A DNA stretch of 64,000 nt from a bacterium (GCA_963693055.1 OY843751.1:4800001-4864000); one strand, 5' to 3'; shown: positions 50,834-61,314, counted from the stretch's first letter. Notes: generated by a model not told the origin, from the letters alone. Numbers and translations are program-made.

Positions 50834-51421
50834 TTATAAAACGACAAATACGGAAAAGCCTACACCAATTTTAAAGATCGTCCGCGGTTCATCATATATA
50901 GGTCCATTTGGCATCAAATAAATCACATCTGCCTGAACGCGTAATACAGAAGACTTGCTCATAGCTGAACGCGTTCCTATACCCAAAGAGAAAGCAGGTC
51001 CCGAATATACATCGCCACTTTCTTCTTCATCATCGTTTGAGAATCCATCTATCCACAAACCGGCTTTAACGTTTCCATATACACCCGCAGCAGAACCAAG
51101 GTCTCGTTTACGATAACGCTGACGTGCATAATCATCCGGTACAATATCAAATATACGTTGCGATATACCAACCAGCAATATAGTAGAAACCTGAGACTGG
51201 CCATTCTGAAAATTCATATTAATTACAGGCTCAAATTCTGTAGCTGTACTGCGGCCCCAGTGATAACCAATAACCCAGCGGACATCAAAATTACTATAAC
51301 TTGAATCCCCTGAATTGGATTGAAAAGAAAATAAACCACCGGTATCAACAGAACCTTTACGCTGCGCAAAACCAGCAGTAGCCATAATCAAAACAAGAAT
51401 GAAAAGTAATTTTTTAGACAT
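50834..51421 (-). CDS. Putative outer membrane beta-barrel protein
   Basis: Signal peptide, terminal strand IGVGFSVF; start moved to ATG 51421 after GGAG. Confidence 0.65.
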   Translation of the reverse strand: MSKKLLFILVLIMATAGFAQRKGSVDTGGLFSFQSNSGDSSYSNFDVRWVIGYHWGRSTATEFEPVINMNFQNGQSQVSTILLVGISQRIFDIVPDDYARQRYRKRDLGSAAGVYGNVKAGLWIDGFSNDDEEESGDVYSGPAFSLGIGTRSAMSKSSVLRVQADVIYLMPNGPIYDEPRTIFKIGVGFSVFVVL

Positions 51422-51546
51422 AGTTTCTCCAAATTTCGGAACCGCATAAAGCAATTCCCGGTTTACCAGTTTCTTAAATGTATAAAAAATTACTGAATAA
51501 AACAAGACATGCAGAAAACGAACATTGCTTATCGATTAAAATTTTT

Positions 51547-52326
51547 CTATGTAGGCGGTAATTGATCTTTTTCCAATAGCTCTTTTAAACGGTTGTCCAG
51601 TTGATCAAGCATAATCAATGCCTTGGGCATAAACCGTGATGAATTCTGCGCTTTTTCACGAATCAGAAATTTAGCCGCTACAATTTGTTGAATCAGGGTT
51701 TCTTTAACTTGTGCCCGAAACTCACACTCGGGATAAATCTCATAAAATTCGTCAAACAATGTAAATGAAGCTACAATCTCAGCAAGAACATCCTGCCATT
51801 CGCTCCGCGCTTCTTTATCAAGAGCCATACGGATAATATATTTTTTGTCATGCCTGCGTGATGGATTGTCCCACTGAGCAAGGGCAATATATTTCATAAA
51901 CAAGCGCTGTAAATATATATTATTTTGATACTGACTGTCTTCTTGAGCAATTTTGCTTTTCAGATCTTCTACATCATGCAGCCATACACGATGTTCAAAT
52001 TCAACTTTGTGCAGTTTGTATCTCAATTCAAGATGTGTCCAAGAGCTGACCGGTTTTCCTTTTAAAGAGGCTGGTGTATATTTGACAGATTTGGCATACT
52101 CGATAGCCGCGCTGTCGAGCATGGCATTTCCCGATGAACGTACAATACGAGTTTCCTGAGCAAAACCCAAATCACTCACAAAAACACCCACCAGCGCACT
52201 GCCTTCTATTTTTTCAATTTGTGCATCAAGGGGATAATTAAGATCTCGATCAATAATAACTTTGGGAGCTTTATAGTCCAATAAAGACGCATTACCCCCG
52301 CAAGAAATGAAACCCACCATAATCAA
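51547..52326 (-). CDS. TonB C-terminal domain protein with helical C-terminal extension
   Basis: YPLDA..IEG, RSSGNAMLDSAA, PASLKGKPV; start uncertain. Confidence 0.75.
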   Translation of the reverse strand: MIMVGFISCGGNASLLDYKAPKVIIDRDLNYPLDAQIEKIEGSALVGVFVSDLGFAQETRIVRSSGNAMLDSAAIEYAKSVKYTPASLKGKPVSSWTHLELRYKLHKVEFEHRVWLHDVEDLKSKIAQEDSQYQNNIYLQRLFMKYIALAQWDNPSRRHDKKYIIRMALDKEARSEWQDVLAEIVASFTLFDEFYEIYPECEFRAQVKETLIQQIVAAKFLIREKAQNSSRFMPKALIMLDQLDNRLKELLEKDQLPPT

Positions 52327-52391
52327 AACACAAAAAACACACCAATACAGCCCCCTCTTAAAAGGGATGCTGTAGGTGTGAGATACATGTT

Positions 52392-53813
52392 TTAAAATCT
52401 TATCGATAATGTCCCTACTACTTTGGTAAACGATTTATCTTCAACCGTTGTCGTATTGGTTAAACCATCATAAACGGATTGTTCCCAACTTCCCTTCATG
52501 GTGGCAATATCAACCATTACCTGTTTATCCAGCATTAAACTTAAACCTGCTGTAAGATATTCCTTGTCTGGTTTTTCATCAGCATATTTATATGGCGACG
52601 GACTGGTAGAGTAACCTCCCCGTAACCTTATATTGATTACAGGTACAAAAACTTCAGCACCCAAATGGACTTTGGTTACTGCTTGCAGGTTTTGTTTTAT
52701 ATTAACATTAGCTTCACTCATAGTAATTCCCGAAACCGGGGGTTCTGATTTAAATTTTGCCTGTGACCAATCCTGAAATTCCAAGCCACCCGACAAGAGA
52801 AGGTTCAATAGTTTAAAAGATGCACCCGCTGCAATAGAATAGGGTTCCTGAATTTTATATTCAAATTCACCATTAAAGCCCAATTGTTCAAGCGGAGGGG
52901 TGTCGTCGTATGTTTCATCAAAAGTTTCTGACCAATTCTCGGTTATTGTATAAGTGGTTGGGAACAGTATTGTTGCACCCAAACGCAATGCATCGTTATA
53001 GCGATACAAAGCACCAACTTTGAGGTTTGTTGCACTGAAATCAGAAACAATGCCCTGACCATATGACCAGGTATCCAGATCATTCATAATTACGTTGGTA
53101 ATACCATCTTCATCTTCATATTCCAGATATGAATTATAGATATTCATCAAATCTTTTTCAGTAAAGACCAGATTATAATCATCTTTACCACTGATAAAAT
53201 TAAGCGAAGCACCCAGGAAAAAATTCTTTTGTACTTCAACCGCACCTGATACAACAAAATGGTTCATGGTGCCTTCTTCAATCAAAGACTCGTATTGATT
53301 TAAAGAATCATCAATATCGGTAAAGTATTCAAAATCATCATCCGCACCCCAGTTGGGCAATACATAATCTGCATATGAGGAATAATCTGTATTAAACCCA
53401 TCCAACTCTAGCACATTATCAAAATCATGAACCCGGTTATACCCGGCAGCAAAGACCATACTGCCCTGATAGGTTGGTACAGGAAATACAAAACCAAATG
53501 AATTTAAACGTGTAGCACTATTGGTACTGTTAAATGTTGATCCTAAAAAATTGAGATCATTTTCAGCTATATTGTGTGAAAAACCGATATTCATTTCCAT
53601 TCTACGGATCTGGCCCAAACCTGCAGGGTTCCAGTATACTGCAGAATAATCATCTGCAATTCCCGAGAACGCACCGCCCATACCAATGGCCCGAGCACCA
53701 ACACCGGTTTCGTGTCCTAAAAAGAAAACTTCTTCCTGGGCTGTTGCCGCTCCCGGCAACAGAATACCAGCCAGCACACAAACAGCAATACTCATCATGA
53801 TTAATTTACGCAT
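52392..53813 (-). CDS. FadL/OmpP1/TodX family outer membrane transporter
   Basis: GARAIGMGGAF..ADDYSA.YWNPAGL, C-terminal F. Confidence 0.85.
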   Translation of the reverse strand: MRKLIMMSIAVCVLAGILLPGAATAQEEVFFLGHETGVGARAIGMGGAFSGIADDYSAVYWNPAGLGQIRRMEMNIGFSHNIAENDLNFLGSTFNSTNSATRLNSFGFVFPVPTYQGSMVFAAGYNRVHDFDNVLELDGFNTDYSSYADYVLPNWGADDDFEYFTDIDDSLNQYESLIEEGTMNHFVVSGAVEVQKNFFLGASLNFISGKDDYNLVFTEKDLMNIYNSYLEYEDEDGITNVIMNDLDTWSYGQGIVSDFSATNLKVGALYRYNDALRLGATILFPTTYTITENWSETFDETYDDTPPLEQLGFNGEFEYKIQEPYSIAAGASFKLLNLLLSGGLEFQDWSQAKFKSEPPVSGITMSEANVNIKQNLQAVTKVHLGAEVFVPVINIRLRGGYSTSPSPYKYADEKPDKEYLTAGLSLMLDKQVMVDIATMKGSWEQSVYDGLTNTTTVEDKSFTKVVGTLSIRF

Positions 53814-53855
53814 AATATATTCTCCTATCTCACGTTGCCGTTAGTTTGTTTACTG

Positions 53856-55061
53856 TTAACGTCTGCCGCCTGACCTGCTGCTACTCCCTGAGGAGCTAGA
53901 GGATCTTCCACTGGAACTTGAAGAGCTACTGCTGGAGCTTCCAGAACTGCTGGAGCTGCCTGAAGATCGGGATACACTTGAAGATCTTGATCTTCCAGAG
54001 CTGCTACTGCTGCTTCTACCGGATGATGAAGGTTTGCTATAAGATCCACTACTGCTGCCGCTACTTTTGGTTTTGCGCGTAACTGAACGTGATCTGCTAT
54101 CAGAACTGCTGCTTTTACTGGATGAAGATGGCCTGCTATAAGACCCACTACTGCTACTGCTGCTTCTACTTTTACGTGTAACCGAACTTGATCTGCTGTC
54201 AGAACTGCTGCTTGATCTTGAACGCGTAGAGCTAACGGTTCCTGACGAGTTTGAAGAAGAGCGTGTACTGTTTCTTGTCACTCCACGTGTTGATGAAGAA
54301 TTGCTGTTAGAACGACGACTTGCACTTGAAACAGCAGACGGAATTTTGACGCGTCTGGTTCGTGTAGTGCTTCTGCGAATTTCGCTGCTGTTCGTACTGG
54401 TTGTCGGCTTGCGTGAAACTGTACTCGTTCTGCCATCAGTAGTTGAACCGCGCCTTGCTGTACGTGTTGTACTGTTTGCAATGGACTCACTACCACTGCG
54501 TCCGGTATTGGGTGCAATATTACCGGCAACTGAACGGCTGGCAGATCGTATGGGATTATATGATCTTCGATCAAAATCACGTTGCTTTTGAATATGGCCA
54601 GCGTAACCTACACCACCATAATAGTTTCGGGGGTAATAGCCATTATGGTAATGATGATGTCCATACCAGGCCCATCCACCATAATACGATACAGGTGCCC
54701 AGTAATAGGGATCATAATGCCAGCGATAGTAATCATATCCCCACCAGGGAGACCAATAGTTATGATGTCTCCACCAATACGAACTGGTTGGATAATAAGA
54801 CCAACTGTCATAATACCAGGGATCATAAACATCATGATAAACATAAACATCATGATCGTACTGGTAATATTCAACCTCAGATTCATCCTGAACTTGTTCT
54901 TCAGGGACGTAATCATTTTCAACTACGTCATATTCTGCATAATAATCATCTGCGGCTGTAGTTCTGATGGTTTCCGCACCAAAACGGGTATAACAGCCTG
55001 TCATACTCGTGGCGATAAATATAATGAACAACAAAGCCGGAATATTTTTAATTTTCTTCAT
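53856..55061 (-). CDS. Lipoprotein with Tyr/Trp/His-rich domain and long Ser/Arg-rich tail
   Basis: Lipobox MTGC-YT, acidic linker, YDPWYY/WW repeats, poly-Ser/Arg tail; SD AAAGGAGG. Confidence 0.8.
   Translation of the reverse strand: MKKIKNIPALLFIIFIATSMTGCYTRFGAETIRTTAADDYYAEYDVVENDYVPEEQVQDESEVEYYQYDHDVYVYHDVYDPWYYDSWSYYPTSSYWWRHHNYWSPWWGYDYYRWHYDPYYWAPVSYYGGWAWYGHHHYHNGYYPRNYYGGVGYAGHIQKQRDFDRRSYNPIRSASRSVAGNIAPNTGRSGSESIANSTTRTARRGSTTDGRTSTVSRKPTTSTNSSEIRRSTTRTRRVKIPSAVSSASRRSNSNSSSTRGVTRNSTRSSSNSSGTVSSTRSRSSSSSDSRSSSVTRKSRSSSSSSGSYSRPSSSSKSSSSDSRSRSVTRKTKSSGSSSGSYSKPSSSGRSSSSSSGRSRSSSVSRSSGSSSSSGSSSSSSSSSSGRSSSSSGSSSRSGGRR
54021..54218. repeat. Imperfect 99-bp tandem duplication in the Ser-rich tail
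   Basis: gctataaga at 54036 and 54135; peptide unit SSSSDSRS.SVTRK...GSYS.PSSS occurs twice. Confidence 0.7.
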
Positions 55062-55177
55062 AGGATTTGCCTCCTTTCAGGCGCACCAAAAACACATAAT
55101 TCTCAATCAGCAAGTAATATAACACGTTTCAGTTCTCATTTATTTGACGTATCTGGCAAAAAAAACGTTTACATGGT

Positions 55178-55807
55178 TTATCGATTTTCAAAACTATACT
55201 CGCATGTGGTCCACATCTCTATTGATTTCGCGTTTGCTTTTGCAGGTAAATACTTGCTCTTGTATGCGGCAGAAACCGCTGCTAATTGACAATCTTGATT
55301 ACCTGTCGTATTTTTTGAGACCACAACATCGATCACTTTGCCAGTATGATCAATCTTTATAAGTAATTTTACGTTTCCACCGACTTTTTGTTTCTGCAAG
55401 TTTTTAGGATATTCCGGTAAAACCTGCACAAGCGGCCGTGGAGGAATTGTATCAGGAGCGCCTATGGTAAGCCCGGCATTCCCATCCGGAGAATCACCCA
55501 GGTCCCAGATTACATTGGTCTCATCAATCGTCTCGTCATCCGGAAATTGTGGATCTTCTGACGGCACCGGAATGACAGGGCGTTCGGGACGCGGTTTGCC
55601 TCGCCTAACGTGCTGTGTAGTAACCGGTATGTCTGCAAAAACGAAATCGAATTTTATAACTTGAGGTTTACGGGGAACATGTTTAAATTTTTTAGGCATG
55701 ATATGAAAAAAAATGATGAATATAAAAAGTATGAGAGCTATAGCCTGATTCAAGCGTAAATAATAAAAACGGTGCTCGATTTTATTCTTTTTATTCATGT
55801 AAACCAA
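55178..55807 (-). CDS. Energy transducer TonB-like protein
   Basis: N-terminal TM helix, Pro-rich linker, PEYP..GNVKL..GKV..AA. Confidence 0.85.
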   Translation of the reverse strand: MVYMNKKNKIEHRFYYLRLNQAIALILFIFIIFFHIMPKKFKHVPRKPQVIKFDFVFADIPVTTQHVRRGKPRPERPVIPVPSEDPQFPDDETIDETNVIWDLGDSPDGNAGLTIGAPDTIPPRPLVQVLPEYPKNLQKQKVGGNVKLLIKIDHTGKVIDVVVSKNTTGNQDCQLAAVSAAYKSKYLPAKANAKSIEMWTTCEYSFENR

Positions 55808-55834
55808 AAAGTTACAAAAGCTGCCATCATCTAT

Positions 55835-56590
55835 TTAAATTACTTCCAGTGCACTCTTTTTCATCCATCCAACTTTACCATCGGGCAGTTCAATTTTAAC
55901 AAAATCACCGGATTCATCCGTTATTCTAACTTTTAGACCTTCGTGAAGCGCAAATACTTCCGTTGCATCTCGCGCTGGTGAGCTCATAATGTCAATTTTC
56001 TCTACAAGAATCACACCATATTTATGATATATATCTTCCTGTACCCGCTGCACAAAAACAAAAGTACTGAAAATACATATAATTAAGACAGGGACAAATG
56101 CAATTTTAGCAATTTTTTTCACTTTTTCATTTCGTAAAACCAAACGTACCATTAACAATACCATCAACAATACATAAACAATCAATGTCATAGTGCCCAA
56201 TTGCGATATATTCATCGTATTTTTGGCACTGGTCCACAATTTGGTTGCAATAAATGGCGGCGGAACAGCCAGCTTGTCTACTACCTGTAGCTGTGCAATC
56301 TCTAAATTATATGCCACATCAGGATCATGCGGCTGCAATTTAAGGGCTTTTTCATAATACAATATACTATGACCAATATCACCTAGTTTGTAATATGAAT
56401 TACCCAGATTATAATACAATTCAGGACTAGTGTAACCGGTCTCTATAGCAGACTGATATTTTTCAACAGCTTCAATGTATTTACCCTGCTGGTACATTTC
56501 GTTTCCAGCTTGAAAATTGGCAAGCACCTGGCCCTCCTGGGCTCTTGGCGCCAACAATAACACAATGTATGCAATTATCCACATATTCAT
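55835..56590 (-). CDS. batE: BatE (TPR + SH3-like domain)
   Basis: YYNLGNSYYK, YYEKALKLQP, LHEGLKV..LPDGKVGW. Confidence 0.9.
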   Translation of the reverse strand: MNMWIIAYIVLLLAPRAQEGQVLANFQAGNEMYQQGKYIEAVEKYQSAIETGYTSPELYYNLGNSYYKLGDIGHSILYYEKALKLQPHDPDVAYNLEIAQLQVVDKLAVPPPFIATKLWTSAKNTMNISQLGTMTLIVYVLLMVLLMVRLVLRNEKVKKIAKIAFVPVLIICIFSTFVFVQRVQEDIYHKYGVILVEKIDIMSSPARDATEVFALHEGLKVRITDESGDFVKIELPDGKVGWMKKSALEVI

Positions 56591-58438
56591 TTATAAAGTT
56601 TTTTCCAGACTGATTATTGCTTCTTTTGCCTTTCCTAAAAAGGCTTCCATTTCATAAAGTTTAACATTTGCAGGTGCAAATCTCTGGTAATCACAGTGCT
56701 GAACCAACTCTAAATACTGCTGAATCACCTGCGGTTCTACGTTCTTGTTTTTTAAATGCGATTCCAGCTCCGTTGAAATAATACCTGCTTCTGCCAGATT
56801 TAATTTGTCAGCCGCAAAACCCAGCAATGCTTTCGATACTGCCGCATAATACTCTTTTTGTGTATTTTCTGATAACAGTTTTTTGGCTTTTGACAAGTGT
56901 TTGAGAGCCATTGCATTGGCACGACGACTGCGTGCATAAGCAACATTGCCGCTCATTTTCTCCAGATGCTTATTATAAGCTATGGAACCCATTAATAAAA
57001 GTAAAGGAAAAATTATTACCGCATAAAAAGAAAAACTCTTGTAAATTCTATAGTCAAGCGGTAAAACGCGTACCTGGGCAAGCTTAATAAACCGGATATC
57101 CTGGCCTACCAACCGGACTTCTTCCTTACTTAGCCCAGAGCCATTAACCGCTACAAACTCGTCATTCCCCTTGTCAACCTGTATTACAAATTCCGGAGTA
57201 GTCAACGTTTTATACGTTTTATCTTTGAGATCAAAAAAGGTCAACACATAGGGTTTGATATGCTGTTCACCCGGGAATCTCGGTACCAGCACAAATTCAA
57301 AACTTTTGGTACCGGTAACACCTGTTTGCTGTCTAGAGATGCTTTCAGTTGATTTTGGTGCATACTGTTCAAAATCTCCGGGAAAGCTTAATTCCGGCTC
57401 GGGGATCATTTTAATATTACCGCTACCCGCAATATCAATTTTCAAGGTTATGGCTTCATTGGTAGTAACATGATTTTTATCCAGACTTGCTGACATTTTA
57501 AAATCACCAACAAGACCTGAGAAATTTGCAGGCTTGCCCGCCTGAGGCAAAGCCATTACCTCAATATCAAGAGGCTTTGAAAAGATGGTCTTTGTAACCG
57601 TGCGCGAGAAAAAAGAATTGTCAAAAAAATCATTGAATATATCTCTGTTGTTTCTGCGTTGAGGAACACGTATATTACAGTCAATTGCCAACTCACCAAT
57701 GGTCTTTTTTCCGGGAGATGTTGGGAACAATACCTGTTTTTTTATATCGGCAAGTACATATTTTTTGCCATTAATTACCTCTTCCCAAACTTTGGGACGG
57801 GTCCCCAAATCCACTTCTTCCGCCCAGAAACCGACATTTTCCGGTAATTTCGATGGCACATAATTCTCAAATCCCAGTCCGGCAGCAATAAATACCCGAT
57901 ATGTAACAATTACAGGTTCATTCTGATATACCTTTTTCTTGTTCACAATACCACGAATAAACAACTCATCAGAAGTTGCACCCGCCGCCTGTTGGGACTT
58001 ACCATCTACCCCCGGCTGAGCCTGGGCTTTTTCATCTGCTTTTAATATGGTTAGCTTGACGGGTTGTGAGCTTACCTGATCATTCTTCAAGCTTACTGTC
58101 ATTGCCGGGATGGTGTATGTCCCCTCTTTGACAGCCATATAATAATATTTTTGTGATTTGGTTACAGACATTTTGCCATTGATAAACTGGATATTCTGTG
58201 AAGTGCCGCCAGAGCCCATAAAACGAAAGAAACCACCCATATCCGGGGGATCAGGCAGTTCTACTTTATTCGCATCTTTGCCAGACAATTCAATTGTCAG
58301 CAATAATTGTTGATTAACAGCAAGTGCTGTTTTATCTACAATAGCACGTAATGCCAGAGGATCCTGGGCGAACAGCGTTCCTGTTAAAACCCAGCCCCAT
58401 AACACAATAAAAAATAATTTTGTAAATTTGTTATTCAT
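56591..58438 (-). CDS. batD: BatD oxygen tolerance family protein
   Basis: SQNIQFINGK, LPQAGKPANFSGLVG, GSGNI, CDYQRFAP. Confidence 0.9.
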   Translation of the reverse strand: MNNKFTKLFFIVLWGWVLTGTLFAQDPLALRAIVDKTALAVNQQLLLTIELSGKDANKVELPDPPDMGGFFRFMGSGGTSQNIQFINGKMSVTKSQKYYYMAVKEGTYTIPAMTVSLKNDQVSSQPVKLTILKADEKAQAQPGVDGKSQQAAGATSDELFIRGIVNKKKVYQNEPVIVTYRVFIAAGLGFENYVPSKLPENVGFWAEEVDLGTRPKVWEEVINGKKYVLADIKKQVLFPTSPGKKTIGELAIDCNIRVPQRRNNRDIFNDFFDNSFFSRTVTKTIFSKPLDIEVMALPQAGKPANFSGLVGDFKMSASLDKNHVTTNEAITLKIDIAGSGNIKMIPEPELSFPGDFEQYAPKSTESISRQQTGVTGTKSFEFVLVPRFPGEQHIKPYVLTFFDLKDKTYKTLTTPEFVIQVDKGNDEFVAVNGSGLSKEEVRLVGQDIRFIKLAQVRVLPLDYRIYKSFSFYAVIIFPLLLLMGSIAYNKHLEKMSGNVAYARSRRANAMALKHLSKAKKLLSENTQKEYYAAVSKALLGFAADKLNLAEAGIISTELESHLKNKNVEPQVIQQYLELVQHCDYQRFAPANVKLYEMEAFLGKAKEAIISLEKTL

Positions 58439-58452
58439 CAACACCAATCCTG

Positions 58453-59262
58453 TTACCAATCATGTGTTACAGAATGACGCCCCTGCACTTTTTGTTTGCG
58501 GGCATCTTTTAATTTATCCTGATCTTCCTGCATCGCTTTCAGGATGCGCTCAGCATCTTCTTTGGACATTTCCTGTTCCTGTCCTTGTTGTTGTTGTTGC
58601 TGCTGTTCTTGTTCCTGCTCTTGCTCATCCTGCTGCTGATCTTTTTGATCTTGCTCTTGCTGGTCCTGTTCTTGTTCCTGTTGGTCCTGCTGTTGTTGCT
58701 GCTGCTGATCTTGCTGTTGTTCCTGCTCCTGCTGATCTTGTTCGCCTTGCTGGTTCTGCTGCTGCTGTTGTTGCTGCTGCTGTTGTTGCTGCTCTTGATT
58801 CTGCTGTTGCTTTTCAGACTGGTCTTTAAGTTTTTTACGTACAAACTCTAAATTGTACTTGGCGTCCTGGTCATCAGGATTCAGTTCCAGCGATTTTTGA
58901 TATGCCTGTATAGCATCCGGAAGTTTATTTAAACGATACAGGGTATTACCCATATTATAATATGCTTCAGCCTGTTCAAGGGCTTCATCTGTATTCAGAG
59001 ATGATTCAAATTCCTTGAGAGCTTCTTCATACTTGTTCATTTTATATTGAGAATTGCCAATATTATATTGAAGCAATGACGATTCAGGATCATTAACCTG
59101 AGCATCACGATATTTATTCAGCGCTTCATCATATTTTTCTTCTTCATACAACTTGTTACCTTCAATTACCTTTTTGCGGACTGCCTGTGCAAAAAGCCCT
59201 TGACCGGTAATCAATATAATCAGAAAAAGAATTGTTATTTTTGTTCTTGTAATCATAACCAT
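58453..59262 (-). CDS. batC: BatC TPR protein with Gln-rich linker
   Basis: TPR repeats YNIGN/YNMGN, AKYNL, poly-Q/E/D, MSKEDAERIL, terminal DW. Confidence 0.9.
   Translation of the reverse strand: MVMITRTKITILFLIILITGQGLFAQAVRKKVIEGNKLYEEEKYDEALNKYRDAQVNDPESSLLQYNIGNSQYKMNKYEEALKEFESSLNTDEALEQAEAYYNMGNTLYRLNKLPDAIQAYQKSLELNPDDQDAKYNLEFVRKKLKDQSEKQQQNQEQQQQQQQQQQQQNQQGEQDQQEQEQQQDQQQQQQQDQQEQEQDQQEQDQKDQQQDEQEQEQEQQQQQQQGQEQEMSKEDAERILKAMQEDQDKLKDARKQKVQGRHSVTHDW
58570..58812 (-). repeat. CAG/CAA-rich low-complexity tract encoding poly-Gln
   Basis: About 80 codons of Q/E/D with a run of about 12 Gln. Confidence 0.9.
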
Positions 59263-59267
59263 AAAAC

Positions 59268-60299
59268 CTACATAAAACGTCCACGCCATTCCTGTTTTAT
59301 TCTTTTACGCTCTGGTAAGATAAACTCTATTACCAGTAACAACAATCCAATAACAACAAAATACTGGTAACGATCTTCAAACTGAGAAAACTTTAAAGAG
59401 CCCAGTTCTTTTTTATCCATAGAATCAATATCTTTATAAATCTTGTCAAGCTCATCTTCACCACTCGATGCTCTAAAATATTTACCACCAGTTTGCAGAG
59501 CAATTTTTTCCAGGGTAATTTCATCCAGCTTGGTGATTACCACCTGACCCGAACGGTCTTTTTTAAAACCCATTTCACCATTACCATCCTGAGCTATGGG
59601 AATAGGCTCGCCTTTAGGAGATCCAATACCCACACAGTAAATGATAATGCCTTCTTTTTCAGCGGCTTCGGCAAATTTCATCACTTCGCCCTGATGATCT
59701 TCACCATCAGTGATCAACACCATCACTTTGTGTTTGCGCTCTTTTTGATCAAAAGTCTCAATTGCCTTTTCAATCACTTTACCCAAATTGGTACCGGGCG
59801 TGGGAATCAAATCCGGATCCATAATATCCAGAAATATTTTAGCCGCCCCATAATCAAGAGTTAACGGACATTGCACAAACGGCACTCCGGAAAATGCAAT
59901 TAAACCAATACGGTCTCCGCGCAGTCGGTCAATAAATCCACCTACTTCATGTTTGGCTTTTTCCAGACGACTGGGTTGTATATCCCTGGCCATCATGGAG
60001 CGAGAAACGTCAAGCGCTACAACAATATCAATACCTTCTCGCTTAACCTCTTCAAGCTTTGTGCCAATCTGAGGTCGGGCAAGAGCAATTACCAAAAACA
60101 TGATTGCAAACAGAATTAAACTGATCTTGCCAAACTGACGAGCCCGGCTGGTATTGCGGGAAAGTTTTTTTAATAATTCCAGATTTCCAAATTTCTGCAT
60201 TGCACGTTTTTTTGCACGAAACGCAAAAAAGTAAAAAACAATTAACAGCGGTATTAACCACATCAAGTGTAAAGCATAAATTTGAGCAAAACGTATCAT
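59268..60299 (-). CDS. batB: BatB vWA domain protein
   Basis: LARPQ, DVSRSM MIDAS, PLTLDY, ITDGED. Confidence 0.92.
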   Translation of the reverse strand: MIRFAQIYALHLMWLIPLLIVFYFFAFRAKKRAMQKFGNLELLKKLSRNTSRARQFGKISLILFAIMFLVIALARPQIGTKLEEVKREGIDIVVALDVSRSMMARDIQPSRLEKAKHEVGGFIDRLRGDRIGLIAFSGVPFVQCPLTLDYGAAKIFLDIMDPDLIPTPGTNLGKVIEKAIETFDQKERKHKVMVLITDGEDHQGEVMKFAEAAEKEGIIIYCVGIGSPKGEPIPIAQDGNGEMGFKKDRSGQVVITKLDEITLEKIALQTGGKYFRASSGEDELDKIYKDIDSMDKKELGSLKFSQFEDRYQYFVVIGLLLLVIEFILPERKRIKQEWRGRFM

Positions 60300-60320
60300 A
60301 TACTTTTCACACCTCTATCC

Positions 60321-61313
60321 TTAGGGTATCTTTCGAAACCAGGTATTGGCAAAAAGGATCTCAATTGTCAATAAAACAATTGCAGCCAATAACCAGGGTA
60401 AAAACAACTCTTTATAACGTGTATATTCTTTAACTTCAATTTTCGTTTTTTCCATTTCACCAATCTCTTTATAGATTTGTTCAAGACTGGATTCATCGGT
60501 TGCCCTGAAATACTGTCCACCTGTTATTTCAGACACCCGCCGCAACAGATTTTCATCAATTTCTACAGGCATTTTCACATAACGTTTGCCGAAAATGGGG
60601 TCATCGATAGGGTACATGGCTTCACCGCGCTTGCCAGCTCCAATGGTATATATTCGCACTCCAAAGGCTTTACCCACATTAGCAGCTGTTATAGGATCAA
60701 GCTCACCGCGGTTATTCCTTCCATCTGTAAGCAAGATCACCACTTTACTTTTGGCTTTGCTTTCTTTGAGCCGGTTAACACAGTTTCCAATAGCCATACC
60801 AATAGCCGTACCATCATCGATCATACCAATATGTATGTCTTCAAGAAAACGTAACAAAATGCCATAATCCAGAGTCAAGGGGCACTGGGTAAAGCTGAGT
60901 CCAGAAAAAACAACCAAACCAATACGGTCATTGGTGCGCCCTTTGATAAAATCGGATGCCACAACCTTGGCCGCTTCCAAACGATTTTTAGGTTTAAAAT
61001 CTTCAGCTTTCATACTGCTTGAAACATCCATCGCCAGTATAATATCAATACCCTCGGTAATAATCTCTTCTTCGCTTCTTCCGGATTGCGGTCTGGCAAA
61101 ACAGAAAATTAGAATAATCACTACCAATGTTCGCAATACAAACAGACTGTGACGATATCGCTTCATGGGTGAAGGTTTTACACTTTTCACAATTCCCAAA
61201 TTGGAATAGCGAAGTGTTGCCGAACTGGTTTTATTCTTGCGCAGATACCACAAGATCATTACAGGAACAATCACCAAAAGGGCCAAAAACTCGGGGTTTG
61301 CAAATCTAAACAT
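60321..61313 (-). CDS. batA: BatA vWA domain protein
   Basis: ARPQ, DVSSSM, GTAIG, LLTDGRNN, YFRAT. Confidence 0.93.
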   Translation of the reverse strand: MFRFANPEFLALLVIVPVMILWYLRKNKTSSATLRYSNLGIVKSVKPSPMKRYRHSLFVLRTLVVIILIFCFARPQSGRSEEEIITEGIDIILAMDVSSSMKAEDFKPKNRLEAAKVVASDFIKGRTNDRIGLVVFSGLSFTQCPLTLDYGILLRFLEDIHIGMIDDGTAIGMAIGNCVNRLKESKAKSKVVILLTDGRNNRGELDPITAANVGKAFGVRIYTIGAGKRGEAMYPIDDPIFGKRYVKMPVEIDENLLRRVSEITGGQYFRATDESSLEQIYKEIGEMEKTKIEVKEYTRYKELFLPWLLAAIVLLTIEILFANTWFRKIP

Positions 61314-61314
61314 A

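Noticed and set aside
53825-55289. Several overlapping alternative-frame ORFs over the Ser-rich lipoprotein
   Set aside because: Low-complexity codon usage leaves other frames open; no independent SDs or motifs.
58428-58851. Poly-Leu, poly-Ala/Val and poly-Ser/Asn ORFs, or a CRISPR-like repeat
   Set aside because: These are alternative frames of the CAG/CAA tract in batC; there is no repeat-spacer structure.
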